The notes under the pieces were generated by a model. That model saw only the letters and a program-made list of their open reading frames with translations, searched no databases and was not told where the DNA came from. A stretch of 64,000 bases of DNA. Source: a virus (Duplodnaviria; Caudoviricetes). Both the position numbers and the translations under genes were made by a program. This document shows, one piece after another, positions 18,154-28,523 of this stretch (position 1 is the stretch's first letter; the number at the start of each line of letters is the position of its first letter). The stretch lies in IMG/VR virus record IMGVR_UViG_3300013121_000034, positions 32,001-96,000 of that record; one strand, given 5' to 3'.

Positions 18154-18516
18154 GTGCAAAAAGAGTCGAAGGCAGTCCGTTACGGACATATTCCGTATGA
18201 AGGATATGTCCGTCCGAAAAAACCGGACGGCATGTCGTTGTCGGAATGGGCGGACAGCGTTTTCAAATCGGACAAGGCTTACAAATTGCCGTGGCCGAAA
18301 TGGCAATTCTTTGTGCGCATGTCTTACACGCGTCCCGGCACCTACGGGACCGTGTATTTGTGTTTGCCGTTCCTCGCATTCAACGAGGAGTCGGCAGCAA
18401 AGCAAGCTGCGAATTTCGTGAAGATAAAACGCGGCACCGTTCTTTCCATGTGGCGCGATAAACCCGTGTCGTGGAAAGGGTACAACGTTCCGTGGAATAA
18501 GGACCGTCGCAAGTGA
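18154..18516 (+). CDS. hypothetical protein (start uncertain)
   Basis: 3' part of ORF 17845..18516; GTGA overlap with next gene. Confidence 0.45.
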   Translation: MQKESKAVRYGHIPYEGYVRPKKPDGMSLSEWADSVFKSDKAYKLPWPKWQFFVRMSYTRPGTYGTVYLCLPFLAFNEESAAKQAANFVKIKRGTVLSMWRDKPVSWKGYNVPWNKDRRK

Positions 18517-19094
18517 AACGTCCTATTACGATTGATGGCGTAAAGTTTGCTTCGATTGTAGAAGCCGCTAGAGCGTTGAAGATACCTACGAAAACTTTAC
18601 GCACACGTCTTCATCGTGGACGCAAGGGAAGGCGTTTAATCGGTAAAGACGTCAGGATTATGAATCCGGTTACGGTTGGAAGGAAAAAGTTCGCGGCTTT
18701 GAAACAAGCCGCGCGCTATTTTGGAGTTCATCCTAACACAGCACGCGATAGATTGCGTAAAGGATGGACCCCGTTAGAAACGTTTGTAACGATGGACCGA
18801 ATACGTTCCGATGAATGTAAAGGAATTGTCTATCTTATATGGAATGATAAAAATAAGAAAGTGTACGTTGGATTAACTACGCAGCCGTTAATGTGGAGGT
18901 TCAACGAACATCTATCCGCGCATCGTTATCCATACATTCCAATGAAACTGTATGACGCGATGCGACGTATAGGTTCTAAATATTTTCACATTAGGGTGCT
19001 AGCAAGAACTTGTAGCTTAAAATCTTTACGTGAACTGGAGAAAAAGTATATCATAAAATTTGACGCGGTAAAAAACGGTTACAATAGCTTTTGA
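18513..19094 (+). CDS. free-standing GIY-YIG homing endonuclease with two N-terminal NUMOD1-like HTH repeats
   Basis: GIVYLI..KVYVGLT..RF.EH..E..YI..GYN; ITIDG.KF.SI.EAAR and VTVG.KKF..LKQAAR repeats. Confidence 0.8.
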   Translation: MKRPITIDGVKFASIVEAARALKIPTKTLRTRLHRGRKGRRLIGKDVRIMNPVTVGRKKFAALKQAARYFGVHPNTARDRLRKGWTPLETFVTMDRIRSDECKGIVYLIWNDKNKKVYVGLTTQPLMWRFNEHLSAHRYPYIPMKLYDAMRRIGSKYFHIRVLARTCSLKSLRELEKKYIIKFDAVKNGYNSF

Positions 19095-19109
19095 AGATCG
19101 GAGAAAGTG

Positions 19110-19373
19110 ATGACACTTGGGAATCCGCCGTGGGCGAAAGCTGCGCCGCACACGACGTATCCTACAAAAAGACGCGGTGGGGGATGGGCGTTTTCGTTTC
19201 GTTATTTCAATCCGCGTGTAAACGGAGAAGGTGTTGACGAAGCGATTGCGTCGTCGTTGACAGTGTGGCCGAAACGACAAACGGCCAAAGAGAGAATGAA
19301 AGACTTGGTAGAGGAATTGAACGGAACGATCCTCTATCCTTACACACTCACAGAAAGGAAATCTGAGCCATGA
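19110..19373 (+). CDS. hypothetical protein
   Basis: GGAGA RBS; ATGA overlap with next gene. Confidence 0.55.
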   Translation: MTLGNPPWAKAAPHTTYPTKRRGGGWAFSFRYFNPRVNGEGVDEAIASSLTVWPKRQTAKERMKDLVEELNGTILYPYTLTERKSEP

Positions 19374-19765
19374 AAAAGATGCTGTTTTGGATCGGCCTTG
19401 TGCCGATGTTTTTGTTTGCGGCTTACGCTGGTCCGCTGACGTTCAACGACTACTCGCCGGTCATTTACACATGCGAGTGCGGTAACGAGCGAATTGTCGT
19501 TACGATACTCAAGGCCGACAACGAGGTTTATCATCAAGATTATCTCGTGCCTGACGGCTTGTTCGAAATCACAGATGAAAAAGTTAGCTACGCCATAGCC
19601 ATTATCGACGAAGCCGGGCGTGATTTCGTAGTTGAGAACGAAATCAATTTCGATAACGACGTGATGACGACGGCAATTTTCGAAGGTATAAATCCGGTAA
19701 CGAATCGTATGATCGATACGTTCGAAACGTTGTGCTTATACGATGGTCCACCACGAACAAGGTAA
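19370..19765 (+). CDS. putative exported protein
   Basis: MKK + hydrophobic core + AYA|G signal-peptide pattern. Confidence 0.6.
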   Translation: MKKMLFWIGLVPMFLFAAYAGPLTFNDYSPVIYTCECGNERIVVTILKADNEVYHQDYLVPDGLFEITDEKVSYAIAIIDEAGRDFVVENEINFDNDVMTTAIFEGINPVTNRMIDTFETLCLYDGPPRTR

Positions 19766-19794
19766 AGAAGGTTTGAAGCAATCGGAGAAGGCCC

Positions 19795-20253
19795 GTGAAG
19801 AAGATACACAAAGCCAACGAGTTCGACCCTTCCAAATATTCGCACACTGACATTTTCCCGGCGTTCGGTTATTTGCTGATCGCGTATTACCGACCGTTGT
19901 ATCAAAAGCTGATTGTGGAGACAGTGAAAGGCCGCACGGAGCATACGACGCTGTTCAAGTTCAAAAGAACGGAGTCGGAGAAATCGAGCGGCAAGCGAGA
20001 AATCGAGACGGTGTTGTATGCACAGGTCTACGTTTCGAAAAACTCGTATCGCATGGTGGTGCGTTCGTTTGTGAACGGCAAAGAAAAGTCGAGCGAACGT
20101 TCGCCGACTTTCAAGTCGTATAGCGAGTTGAACGCACACGTCTTCCATTTCGTCACTCATGGCCGCTATGTCAAAAAAGCAAAAGAAGAACCCAAGCGAA
20201 AACTACGAGTCATCAAAGACGCCAAAACAAAAAGGCGAATCTGGAAACGCTAA
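19795..20253 (+). CDS. hypothetical protein
   Basis: GGAGA RBS; 152 aa. Confidence 0.6.
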   Translation: MKKIHKANEFDPSKYSHTDIFPAFGYLLIAYYRPLYQKLIVETVKGRTEHTTLFKFKRTESEKSSGKREIETVLYAQVYVSKNSYRMVVRSFVNGKEKSSERSPTFKSYSELNAHVFHFVTHGRYVKKAKEEPKRKLRVIKDAKTKRRIWKR

Positions 20254-20710
20254 GAAACTGTGGGAGATGTTTTTGCGTTATGGCAACGGCGCAAACAAGC
20301 CTGAGCAATATCAACGACTAGGTTTCACAGGGCCGGAAACGTTTCTCGATGCCGTAGCCGAAGCCGAACGACTGCGTGGCCTTTTGAAGCGTGTTGGTAA
20401 CTACAAAAAGTTGGCGCTGATTTGTGTAGCGCGCGAAAATACCATGAAGCTTTACGGTGCAATGCCGTCCAGCCTTGGATATTTCGGACACTCTGGTCAA
20501 CCGAAATTCGTTCGCGATGCAGTCAAAGCGTCCAAGCAACGACATGAGGAAGCTTCGAAAAAACGTCCGACGATCAAGCCGAAGGAAATGGATATGTCCA
20601 CATTTACGGCGCGCGGCGTAGAGAAGCCTGCGACGGCAAAGAAAAAGAGTGCGATCCAATCGAGTTCGACACTCGCCAAATCGCTTCACACCTTGTTGAA
20701 AATGAAATGA
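20159..20710 (+). CDS. hypothetical protein (true start probably further downstream)
   Basis: 183-aa ORF overlapping the upstream gene. Confidence 0.5.
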   Translation: MAAMSKKQKKNPSENYESSKTPKQKGESGNAKKLWEMFLRYGNGANKPEQYQRLGFTGPETFLDAVAEAERLRGLLKRVGNYKKLALICVARENTMKLYGAMPSSLGYFGHSGQPKFVRDAVKASKQRHEEASKKRPTIKPKEMDMSTFTARGVEKPATAKKKSAIQSSSTLAKSLHTLLKMK

Positions 20711-20717
20711 GGCCGCT

Positions 20718-21017
20718 ATGGATTTATCACCGCCAGAATGGCTACTCGTTTATCGCCCGGCTGCACTATGCTTTCTTTTTGGCGTGCTGTTTATGCTATG
20801 GGCGATAGTGTTCATTCTCGGTAAGCCTATCATGCCGTGGATGAAACGCATGCCTTACACGCGCGAAGACGCAATAATTAGTCGTGGCAACGACGTTGTG
20901 TATGAGCGCAGTTCACAAATTCCATCTTACAAAGTAGTGGGATGGATACTCATGCTAGTGGCGTTCATTTGCTTTATAGCAGGACTCCATTACGTGAGAG
21001 GAATCCAAGCACTGTAA
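20718..21017 (+). CDS. two-TM membrane protein
   Basis: Two hydrophobic segments; GAGG RBS. Confidence 0.65.
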   Translation: MDLSPPEWLLVYRPAALCFLFGVLFMLWAIVFILGKPIMPWMKRMPYTREDAIISRGNDVVYERSSQIPSYKVVGWILMLVAFICFIAGLHYVRGIQAL

Positions 21018-21040
21018 TCCCTCAATGGAGAATGACGACC

Positions 21041-21760
21041 ATGTTCACGACAGTAAGAGCCGCCCGTCAAATGAGCGGCGTCGCCGCTTCGACGGTCAAT
21101 ACGTTTATCCGCCAGCATCCCGAGTTCGGCGGAAAGGAAGGCGAAACGAAACCGTTGCCGATGTATATGATTCACGATGCAGGCGACGACTACGGCTGGA
21201 ATCTTTTTTGGGATAAGCCGTCCTCTATCCTTCCGATAACGCCGGAACAGCTTGAATTTGCTCGCGCCTATGTGTCCGAACACGTCGGCGACAAAATTCC
21301 GGCTGTGCAAAAAGATTACATCGAGTCGGCGAAGACACATGCCGAACATGTTCAGCGCGCCCGTGCGCTTATGGATGCGATGAAGCGTCCTGAGCGTGTT
21401 GCCTTCCACGCAGATTTTGCTACCAAGTTTTTCGGTGCGACTGCTACGCCGCCTGAAAAGGCAGATGAAAGCATGGAGGTATTTCAGGCGCGCGGAAAGT
21501 CGCCTGCACCCGCCAAGCCTGTTGAAAATGCGGAAGAAAAGAAAGCGGCTTCAACAACCGCTGAACCTGAACGCTCGAAGAAAGTCGACGACGCTGTGCT
21601 GCTTATCGCGCGCACGTTTGTCGCCATGCAAAAACAAGCGTTGCCGATCAAGACGGCGCTAGGCAATGCGTGGGTGGGTGAAACCATTCGCGGAGTCGTT
21701 GGTCCGCTTATGCTCTCGAATAAAGATCGAGCGGAGCTAATCAAGCTTCTCGGCGGTTAA
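21041..21760 (+). CDS. hypothetical protein, possible N-terminal HTH
   Basis: GGAGAATG RBS; TVRAARQMSGVAASTV. Confidence 0.65.
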   Translation: MFTTVRAARQMSGVAASTVNTFIRQHPEFGGKEGETKPLPMYMIHDAGDDYGWNLFWDKPSSILPITPEQLEFARAYVSEHVGDKIPAVQKDYIESAKTHAEHVQRARALMDAMKRPERVAFHADFATKFFGATATPPEKADESMEVFQARGKSPAPAKPVENAEEKKAASTTAEPERSKKVDDAVLLIARTFVAMQKQALPIKTALGNAWVGETIRGVVGPLMLSNKDRAELIKLLGG

Positions 21761-21854
21761 ACATGCAATAACCGACTGAGATATAACGGGGTCGGTGATG
21801 GTCCTAGTAGCCGACCCCGTTATGACTTTTTTGATCCATCAAACGGAGAATGAA

Positions 21855-22565
21855 ATGCCTCGTTCCAGTAAAAAGAATCCTGCCAAGACACGCGTGTTGA
21901 TTTACGCTCAAAGTCGGTTGGCCGGATTGCCGCGTGTATCGCGCGGATATTCCTCAGACAGCAAGTCGTTGCAAATACGCATTGACGTGAAGCGTTCGAC
22001 GCTCGCGCGTGCGTGTGAAAATCCTTCCATCGGAACATGGGGACCGATTGGAAAATCAGAAGCGGATTCTGTCGTCAAATCAGTCAAGGCAATGCGCCTT
22101 ACACACGGATCACGCCTAATAAAGGGTTGGCATTCGTGTGCACTGTGCAAAGAACGCTGTGACACGTGTTCTACAATCAACGGTTCGATTAGCAAAATCG
22201 GGCATGTAAATGGTCTGCGGAGATTTGTGACGTTTATAACGGTCGACTCGCTGCTGCTCCATTATCTTACGGAGCATAGCAAAGACGTTCTGATCGATGC
22301 TTTCGCTATGCGTTTCCTGATACTCGCGGGCGGTCAGCGTATCGACGACAACGTGCCTACGAATATTCAGATTGCTGATCTTGAAAGAGCGTGGAACGAG
22401 CATATAAAGGCGTCGAAACGCGCTCGTCTTTTGATGGACGTGGATGACGATTTGCTGAACTTGCAAAAAACAGCGGAGCGTTTGCGTAGCCGTATCAAGG
22501 CAGTGTTGACGGGCGTGGAGCTGCCCGATCCTGTCGATGACGACGACGCTGACGACGAAGAATAA
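21855..22565 (+). CDS. hypothetical protein with Cys/His cluster
   Basis: AACGGAGAATG RBS; GWHSCALC...HY..EH. Confidence 0.65.
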   Translation: MPRSSKKNPAKTRVLIYAQSRLAGLPRVSRGYSSDSKSLQIRIDVKRSTLARACENPSIGTWGPIGKSEADSVVKSVKAMRLTHGSRLIKGWHSCALCKERCDTCSTINGSISKIGHVNGLRRFVTFITVDSLLLHYLTEHSKDVLIDAFAMRFLILAGGQRIDDNVPTNIQIADLERAWNEHIKASKRARLLMDVDDDLLNLQKTAERLRSRIKAVLTGVELPDPVDDDDADDEE

Positions 22566-22591
22566 AGTTTCCAAACGCAACGGAGAATACA

Positions 22592-24172
22592 ATGCACACG
22601 ACGATCCGACTACTTAAGGCCACGAAGCTGTGTGAGGGCGGGTTCAAGCGCCTCGTGGACACGCTTGGCACGATCAATTTGATCGATCAGGATTTGCCGA
22701 TTCCGATTTGGTACATCTTGAAGTCGGCTGACATATCCGACGACCTGCCGTGGATTATGACCAATGCCTATATCCACGACGAAAAAGAATGGGAGCGCGT
22801 AAGCAAGCCGCTGCAAACAGCAGCTTTCATTTTCGAAAGCTTTGGCGAACACGACTATCCGCATCATATGCTCGCGCCGCTCGTGCAGTTTATGGACATT
22901 GTAAATCCTGAACTGTTTATGAGCCTTCCGCGCAAAAATATGCCGTATGTAAAAGCAGCGGAGGCTATTCGTAAGCTTCCGGGTTTCGAGGAAGCCGCGC
23001 AGTCTGCAACAGCTATTTTCGAAGCCGTGTGTCCAACAATCAACAAGGCTGTGTTGGCGGAAGCTTTCAATATACCGCGACACGAAATTGTTGAACAAGA
23101 AAAAGTGTTCGCTGATATGGGTAAGGCAGCACAAATATCCGTTGCCAAGGGGACGCGATGCGTAGCTGACCGCAACTACATCTATGTGCAACCGCAGACG
23201 GGGTTTCGAGCGCATATGGAGTTGCTGCCTCATTATGAAAAGTGGGTGCAGTTCATCACTGCGCATATCGCGCTGCGAACGATATTTGCGAACGCCGCGC
23301 AGTTTAAGTGGATATTTCCGGTAGGCATTGCGGGGCGTGGTTCTTTTATGGCGTCGCTAACTAGCTCAATGGTAGATGTTGGCCGTCAGCACGAATTCCG
23401 GTCTATTGATCGCGCGTTGTTTGTTGATGCGCTGATCGACTTGTCGACTGGTGACGGCAAGCTTTCGCAAAATGTAACGTCCGCTTTGCGCAAACGGTCG
23501 GCATATTTGGTTCACCGTTATCAGACGGAAACCAATTTGCACCTAAAGAAGACCTTCTGGAAAGGAAGGTATAACAACCAGCACCTACTCGACTTTTGGC
23601 GTGATTTTGCACCGTCTCTTGCAGAGTTTGAAAAGAAGCTGTTCGAAATCAAACTGACGCAGGCGACAAGCGATTACGCTCCGCTCATTGGCTCGCTGCC
23701 GAGAAATAAGATGGTGCGCGTAGAAGGCACAACGTCTGTTGTGTTTGTAGTGGACAACGAGTCATTGGCAGAAGCGATCCAGTTGGATATTTGCGCCTTC
23801 ACGCGTAAATCCGTTGGCGTAAAAGGTGCCGCTGAAATCGAAGCCTTGTTGGAGCATGGCATAAAGGCTCCGGCACCAAAGTCTTTCAATTCTTTGTCGA
23901 AGCGAACGCGCGATGAAGCCTATGCTGAATTTTTGGGCGACGATGCTCCGATAAGGGATGAAGACTCGGACGAAGACGACGAAGATGATGACGAGTCCGA
24001 TGAATCCGAGGAAAATCAAGAGGGCGAAGACGAGGAAGCGGAAATTGACGACGACGCACCGACTACACCGCGCCGTGCGCGTCCGCCCGCGCGTATAAGA
24101 TCGCCGCGTTCTGCGACGACGGTAAATAACACGACCGTTGGAATGGATGGCGTTGAGCGGCCAGCCCTGTAA
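22592..24172 (+). CDS. hypothetical protein with acidic C-terminal region
   Basis: 526 aa; AACGGAGAA RBS. Confidence 0.7.
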   Translation: MHTTIRLLKATKLCEGGFKRLVDTLGTINLIDQDLPIPIWYILKSADISDDLPWIMTNAYIHDEKEWERVSKPLQTAAFIFESFGEHDYPHHMLAPLVQFMDIVNPELFMSLPRKNMPYVKAAEAIRKLPGFEEAAQSATAIFEAVCPTINKAVLAEAFNIPRHEIVEQEKVFADMGKAAQISVAKGTRCVADRNYIYVQPQTGFRAHMELLPHYEKWVQFITAHIALRTIFANAAQFKWIFPVGIAGRGSFMASLTSSMVDVGRQHEFRSIDRALFVDALIDLSTGDGKLSQNVTSALRKRSAYLVHRYQTETNLHLKKTFWKGRYNNQHLLDFWRDFAPSLAEFEKKLFEIKLTQATSDYAPLIGSLPRNKMVRVEGTTSVVFVVDNESLAEAIQLDICAFTRKSVGVKGAAEIEALLEHGIKAPAPKSFNSLSKRTRDEAYAEFLGDDAPIRDEDSDEDDEDDDESDESEENQEGEDEEAEIDDDAPTTPRRARPPARIRSPRSATTVNNTTVGMDGVERPAL

Positions 24173-24250
24173 ATTCGCATGTGGTAAAGGATACGCGATA
24201 GGCGCGTAGTATTCGCGCCTTCGCGCGTTTCAAACTCAACGGAGAATGAC

Positions 24251-26173
24251 GTGACGAAAGACTACAAAGAGAGTGACGTCGATATTCTGGAATTTCCAGA
24301 GAACGTCCAAAAGAAGCCGGGCATGTATATCGGTTCGCCCGATTCATCCGGCAAGCAGCAATGCGGAAAGGAAATAACCGACAACGTTTTGGACGAGGCA
24401 CTCGCCGGACGCAATACGCGCTGCGGCGTTTCGTTCGAAAAAGATGGGTCCATGATTGTGTGGGATCACGGCGGCGGCATTCCCGTCGGCAAACACACAA
24501 AAACAGGCCGCTCGACTTTCATCGAGGTTTTTGCGCGCCTTCACGCTGGCGCGAAAATGAGCGTCGGAAAAGGCTACGAGGCTTCCGCCGGAACGCACGG
24601 TGTTGGTAGCGCAGTCGTCAACGCGCTGTCCGAGTTCTTTAACGTGTGGACGTTTCGCGATAATCAGTGGTGGGAAATCGGATTCCGAAAGGGTCATCTG
24701 AAAACCAAGCTGACAAAATCGAAAGCCCCGAAGCTGCCGAACGGCGATAAGGCGAAGCGCGGCACAGTCGTCCATTTCAAGCTGCATGATGCCTTCTTTT
24801 TGAAGAATGCGGTGTTGAAGCCGGACAAGATTTTGGAGTCGCTGGAAATCGCCAGCTATCTCTATCCGATGGTGAAATTCACCGTCATCAACAAAATCAC
24901 GGGCAAGACAAAAGAGTTTCATCGCCCGGACGGCCATAAGGAAATGCTCAGTAGACGTGCAACCGAGTTGGGCGTCGAGTTGCTGCACAAGCCGCTTTTC
25001 CTCATGACGAAAAATCTCAATCTCGTTGTGCAGTGGTCGGATCATACGAGCGAAGACATTGCGTCGTTCGTCAATGGTTCACCTACGCGTGACGGCGGCA
25101 CGCACGTCGATGGCCTATTCAAAGCCTTGCGTGATGCTATCAAGCCTTATCGCGGCAAAAAAGAGTTCGACCCTGAACATTTGCGCACCGGCATGCTTGG
25201 GATTTTGAATTTCAAAATGGCCGCGCCGATTTTTTCGTCGCAAACGAAAGAGAAGCTGAAATCGCCAGAGCCGAAAGACTCGGTGTATGAGCAAGCCTTC
25301 AAGGCGTTCAAGGAATACTTTGCAGCGAATAAGTCGTTCGCCGCATCGCTGTGCGCGCGTGCCGTTGAGTTCAAAACGCTTCACGACAATTTCAAGGCCA
25401 GCAAAAAACTGACGGCGGCTGTGTCTGATCGCAAGGCGAAGATGGAATTGCCTGCGAAGATGGCCGACTGTGAAACCAAAGACCCGAAAAAGCGCGAGTT
25501 GTATTTGGTGGAAGGCGACTCCGCAGCGGGACCGGCGAAGCAGTGTCGTGATCGACGCACGCAAATCATTTTGCCATTGCGCGGCAAAATCGTGAACGTG
25601 TATGGCAAAAACGAAAAGACGTTCGAATCGAGCAACGAGGTTATTTCGATCCTGCAAGCTATGGGAATCGATCTCAAGGCAAAGAACCCTGAGAAGTCGT
25701 TGCGTGTCGGCAAGGTGATTATCCTCGCAGACCCGGACGTTGATGGCGTGCATATCCAGTTGCTTGTTTTGTCGTTGCTCTATCGCGTGTTGCCGAAAGC
25801 GTTTGTCGATCAAATGGTCTACCTTGTGAACGCGCCGCTCTACATGGTGCGTCATAAGGGTAAGCTGCATTACGGCAACAGCGTTTCCAAGCTTCAAGAA
25901 AAAGTCCCTGAGAACGCACACAAGGATATTGTGCGAATCAAGGGATGGGGCGAGGTAAATGTGAGCGACGGCATTTTGCAAGAGGTTGCTTTCCAACCAC
26001 ATACGCGTCGCCTCATTCGCGTCGGCTCTGTACCGCGTGATAAAGAAGCGACGTTTATCGGATTGGCTGGCGGCGATCCATCGTCGCGTAAGCGTTTGCT
26101 GTTTTCGAAAATGCGCGACGATGCTGACAATCGCAAGGCTAACGACAATCGCAAAATGAAAAAGGCGGCGTAA
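24251..26173 (+). CDS. gyrB: type IIA DNA topoisomerase ATPase/TOPRIM subunit (GyrB/ParE-like)
   Basis: KKPGMYIG, EITDNVLDE, DHGGGIP, GTHGVG..VVNALS, EGDSA, PLRGK, DPDVDG.HI, KGWGE. Confidence 0.95.
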   Translation: MTKDYKESDVDILEFPENVQKKPGMYIGSPDSSGKQQCGKEITDNVLDEALAGRNTRCGVSFEKDGSMIVWDHGGGIPVGKHTKTGRSTFIEVFARLHAGAKMSVGKGYEASAGTHGVGSAVVNALSEFFNVWTFRDNQWWEIGFRKGHLKTKLTKSKAPKLPNGDKAKRGTVVHFKLHDAFFLKNAVLKPDKILESLEIASYLYPMVKFTVINKITGKTKEFHRPDGHKEMLSRRATELGVELLHKPLFLMTKNLNLVVQWSDHTSEDIASFVNGSPTRDGGTHVDGLFKALRDAIKPYRGKKEFDPEHLRTGMLGILNFKMAAPIFSSQTKEKLKSPEPKDSVYEQAFKAFKEYFAANKSFAASLCARAVEFKTLHDNFKASKKLTAAVSDRKAKMELPAKMADCETKDPKKRELYLVEGDSAAGPAKQCRDRRTQIILPLRGKIVNVYGKNEKTFESSNEVISILQAMGIDLKAKNPEKSLRVGKVIILADPDVDGVHIQLLVLSLLYRVLPKAFVDQMVYLVNAPLYMVRHKGKLHYGNSVSKLQEKVPENAHKDIVRIKGWGEVNVSDGILQEVAFQPHTRRLIRVGSVPRDKEATFIGLAGGDPSSRKRLLFSKMRDDADNRKANDNRKMKKAA

Positions 26174-26176
26174 AAC

Positions 26177-26581
26177 ATGCCTGTCAAAATCGCTGAGGTT
26201 GATGGATTGCCAATCGAAACGCGGTCCATTGGCGAGGTTTATGACGAACTCGGAAAACACATAAAGAAGCATGGGCGAGAACACCCGTTGCTTATTCGGC
26301 TGATTCCTCCGCCGAAGGAAAATGCTGAAACGGGCGAAGAAGAATTTGACCCCGACGAGGAAATGGTGACGGTTGCTCTTGATGTAATCGACCATGAAGC
26401 GGTGATTTCAGACGATCCCGAAATTGCCGAACCTGCGCATATCGCGCTTACTGCTGCGGTCCCTGATGATTTTCTAATGGAAGACCTTGGTGATGCAGAA
26501 AGCGACGATGACGATGATGATAAACCACGCGACGACGTGGATGATGACGACGATAATACGTCGTCGGATGATAGCGACTGA
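26177..26581 (+). CDS. highly acidic small protein
   Basis: 134 aa; D/E-rich C-terminus. Confidence 0.65.
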   Translation: MPVKIAEVDGLPIETRSIGEVYDELGKHIKKHGREHPLLIRLIPPPKENAETGEEEFDPDEEMVTVALDVIDHEAVISDDPEIAEPAHIALTAAVPDDFLMEDLGDAESDDDDDDKPRDDVDDDDDNTSSDDSD

Positions 26582-26643
26582 AAATCCGCCGACTTCTAAA
26601 GAACGGACCTAAGTCGTTGATTCTGCACGACAATCTTGGGGGC

Positions 26644-26673
26644 TTGACGGCACCTAAGAACGCGTGATAGGAT
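26644..26673 (+). promoter_or_regulatory. sigma70-type promoter
   Basis: TTGACG-18 nt-TAGGAT with extended -10 TG, intergenic. Confidence 0.6.
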
Positions 26674-26739
26674 GGGAGCAGGGCGCGATCCAAAGCCGAG
26701 GGATTTGTGCTTCTTTAACAGTCGGCAAAATCACGGAGA

Positions 26740-28023
26740 ATGGCGAAAATGCAGGGTAAGAATGACGGCGCAATTGCGCAAGCGTTGATTAAGGCATCGG
26801 AAGCGGCTGGCGGAAGCGATGCCGCGAAAATCGTGGCGGACGTTATCAGTCATGACGCGCCAGCGACAATTGAAAATGGTCGCGCGCCGGACGTGGCGGG
26901 TGTAGTTGAACCGCCGCTTGATTTTAGCGCGACGGAAATTCCTGCGATGGGCGAGCCTGTCAGAGAACTTACGGCAACGGAAACGAGTGAGGGTGAAGCC
27001 TCTCACACAATTTCGCTGCAATTCGCGCAGCCGGTCGCAAATTCTGAAACCGAAGAATTTATCAACGCTGTGAGCGATCCCGGCACTGTTATGGTGCTGA
27101 ACAAAGATGGCAGCGCAACGCTGACGACGCGCAACGAAGACGGCAGCGCAACCGTTCGCCAATTTTCGAAGGCAGACGTGGCAGAAGCGTTGGCCGAACG
27201 CACGAAGCGCAAGCGTGTTATGGACGACGAAGAAACCGACCATATCGCACGCATTATGCAAGACTTGGCAGAAGCTGTGCTGAATAAGTATGGCATGGTG
27301 AAAATCGGCGAGGCCGATGTTTTCCATTTGCTGACTGAACGCCAAATGCTCAACGACTACATCAAAGAATTGTTCGAGGCGCTTGGCGTGCCCGTGCATT
27401 TCTTGCAAGTCATCACGAAGGGCGTGCGCACGGCGTTCGGTCGCAAGGTTATCGATATGCCATCAATGGGACAGGCGTGTCGTCAGGCTATCTCGCTTTT
27501 CAAAACAGCGCAGGAAACGGCAGAACGTGCGGTATCTGAAAAGAACCGCATGGAAACACACTACAACGCGGAAATTTCCAACGCGGAAGCTGCGTCGCGT
27601 CAGGCACGGTTGACGTTGGAAGCTGCAACACGTGAACGTGCGGCAATTCAGAGCGAAATCGACTCGTTCAATATGCCGAGTGACGAAAAGCCGTTTTTGC
27701 TGCGCGGTCACTACACCGTCGTCAAGAAAGGCTTTGGCGGAAAGGAAACCGAATCGAAGCGCCGTGTCGTTTATATCGGCGTGAAGAAAGGCGCAAAAAA
27801 GAAGGGCGAGTATTACCTCTCGAAAGACTTGTTCGCTACGGCCAAGCTGGCCGAGGCGCTGCGTATGGAAACGACGAAGGAAGCGTTGGAATATCTTGGC
27901 CGTCTTCGCAAGAAAATGGAAGCCGACGCGCTCAACCCGGAGTCCGGCATCACGCAAAAAAAGCTGAATGCGCTCGCGATCACGCGCATTTCGTTTGATG
28001 CGATGAACGTCGGCAACAAGTAG
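26740..28023 (+). CDS. hypothetical coiled-coil protein
   Basis: 427 aa; ACGGAGA RBS. Confidence 0.7.
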   Translation: MAKMQGKNDGAIAQALIKASEAAGGSDAAKIVADVISHDAPATIENGRAPDVAGVVEPPLDFSATEIPAMGEPVRELTATETSEGEASHTISLQFAQPVANSETEEFINAVSDPGTVMVLNKDGSATLTTRNEDGSATVRQFSKADVAEALAERTKRKRVMDDEETDHIARIMQDLAEAVLNKYGMVKIGEADVFHLLTERQMLNDYIKELFEALGVPVHFLQVITKGVRTAFGRKVIDMPSMGQACRQAISLFKTAQETAERAVSEKNRMETHYNAEISNAEAASRQARLTLEAATRERAAIQSEIDSFNMPSDEKPFLLRGHYTVVKKGFGGKETESKRRVVYIGVKKGAKKKGEYYLSKDLFATAKLAEALRMETTKEALEYLGRLRKKMEADALNPESGITQKKLNALAITRISFDAMNVGNK

Positions 28024-28055
28024 TCGTCAACTCGAAAACACTGGAGAATGTGAAA

Positions 28056-28523
28056 ATGCCGAAGAAAGAAAAGAAGCCCTCCAAGGGTTACATGTTCCTG
28101 CAAGACTCGCGGTTTGCGGCGCTTGCGCCGGGCTATCCGTCGCCGATTGTTTTTGAAGCGAACGGTGAACTGCGAGTTGCCGGATGCGCAACGAATTATT
28201 GGCTCTACGGCAAATCGAAGAACAGCGATTATCGCGAAGCGATTTTGCGTGCGCCTGCATTCCGAGCCGTCACATATTTCGCCGCCGAGAAAGGCATGAA
28301 AGAACTCAAGGCGAAAACGGTCGACGATTGGGATGAAGTCTCCGAGAAGCGTTTCGAAAAAGCGATGCGCCTTCGCTTTGAGCAACACGAAGGGCTGCGC
28401 CGACTGTTGCTGTCGTGGAATCCAAAGAACGATTTGGTCGAAGACAAATACGCTCGTGAAAATGAGCCTGACGTTATCAAGACGTTGAAGCGTCTTCGCA
28501 TTGAGTTTAAGGATGCAGCATAA
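28056..28523 (+). CDS. NADAR (YbiA/DUF1768)-like protein, divergent
   Basis: YPSPI...K..D.REAI..A...DDWDEV....KAMRLRFEQH..LRRLLL.....LVED; lacks the usual EHY.QA and D..WG..G.N.LG. Confidence 0.65.
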   Translation: MPKKEKKPSKGYMFLQDSRFAALAPGYPSPIVFEANGELRVAGCATNYWLYGKSKNSDYREAILRAPAFRAVTYFAAEKGMKELKAKTVDDWDEVSEKRFEKAMRLRFEQHEGLRRLLLSWNPKNDLVEDKYARENEPDVIKTLKRLRIEFKDAA

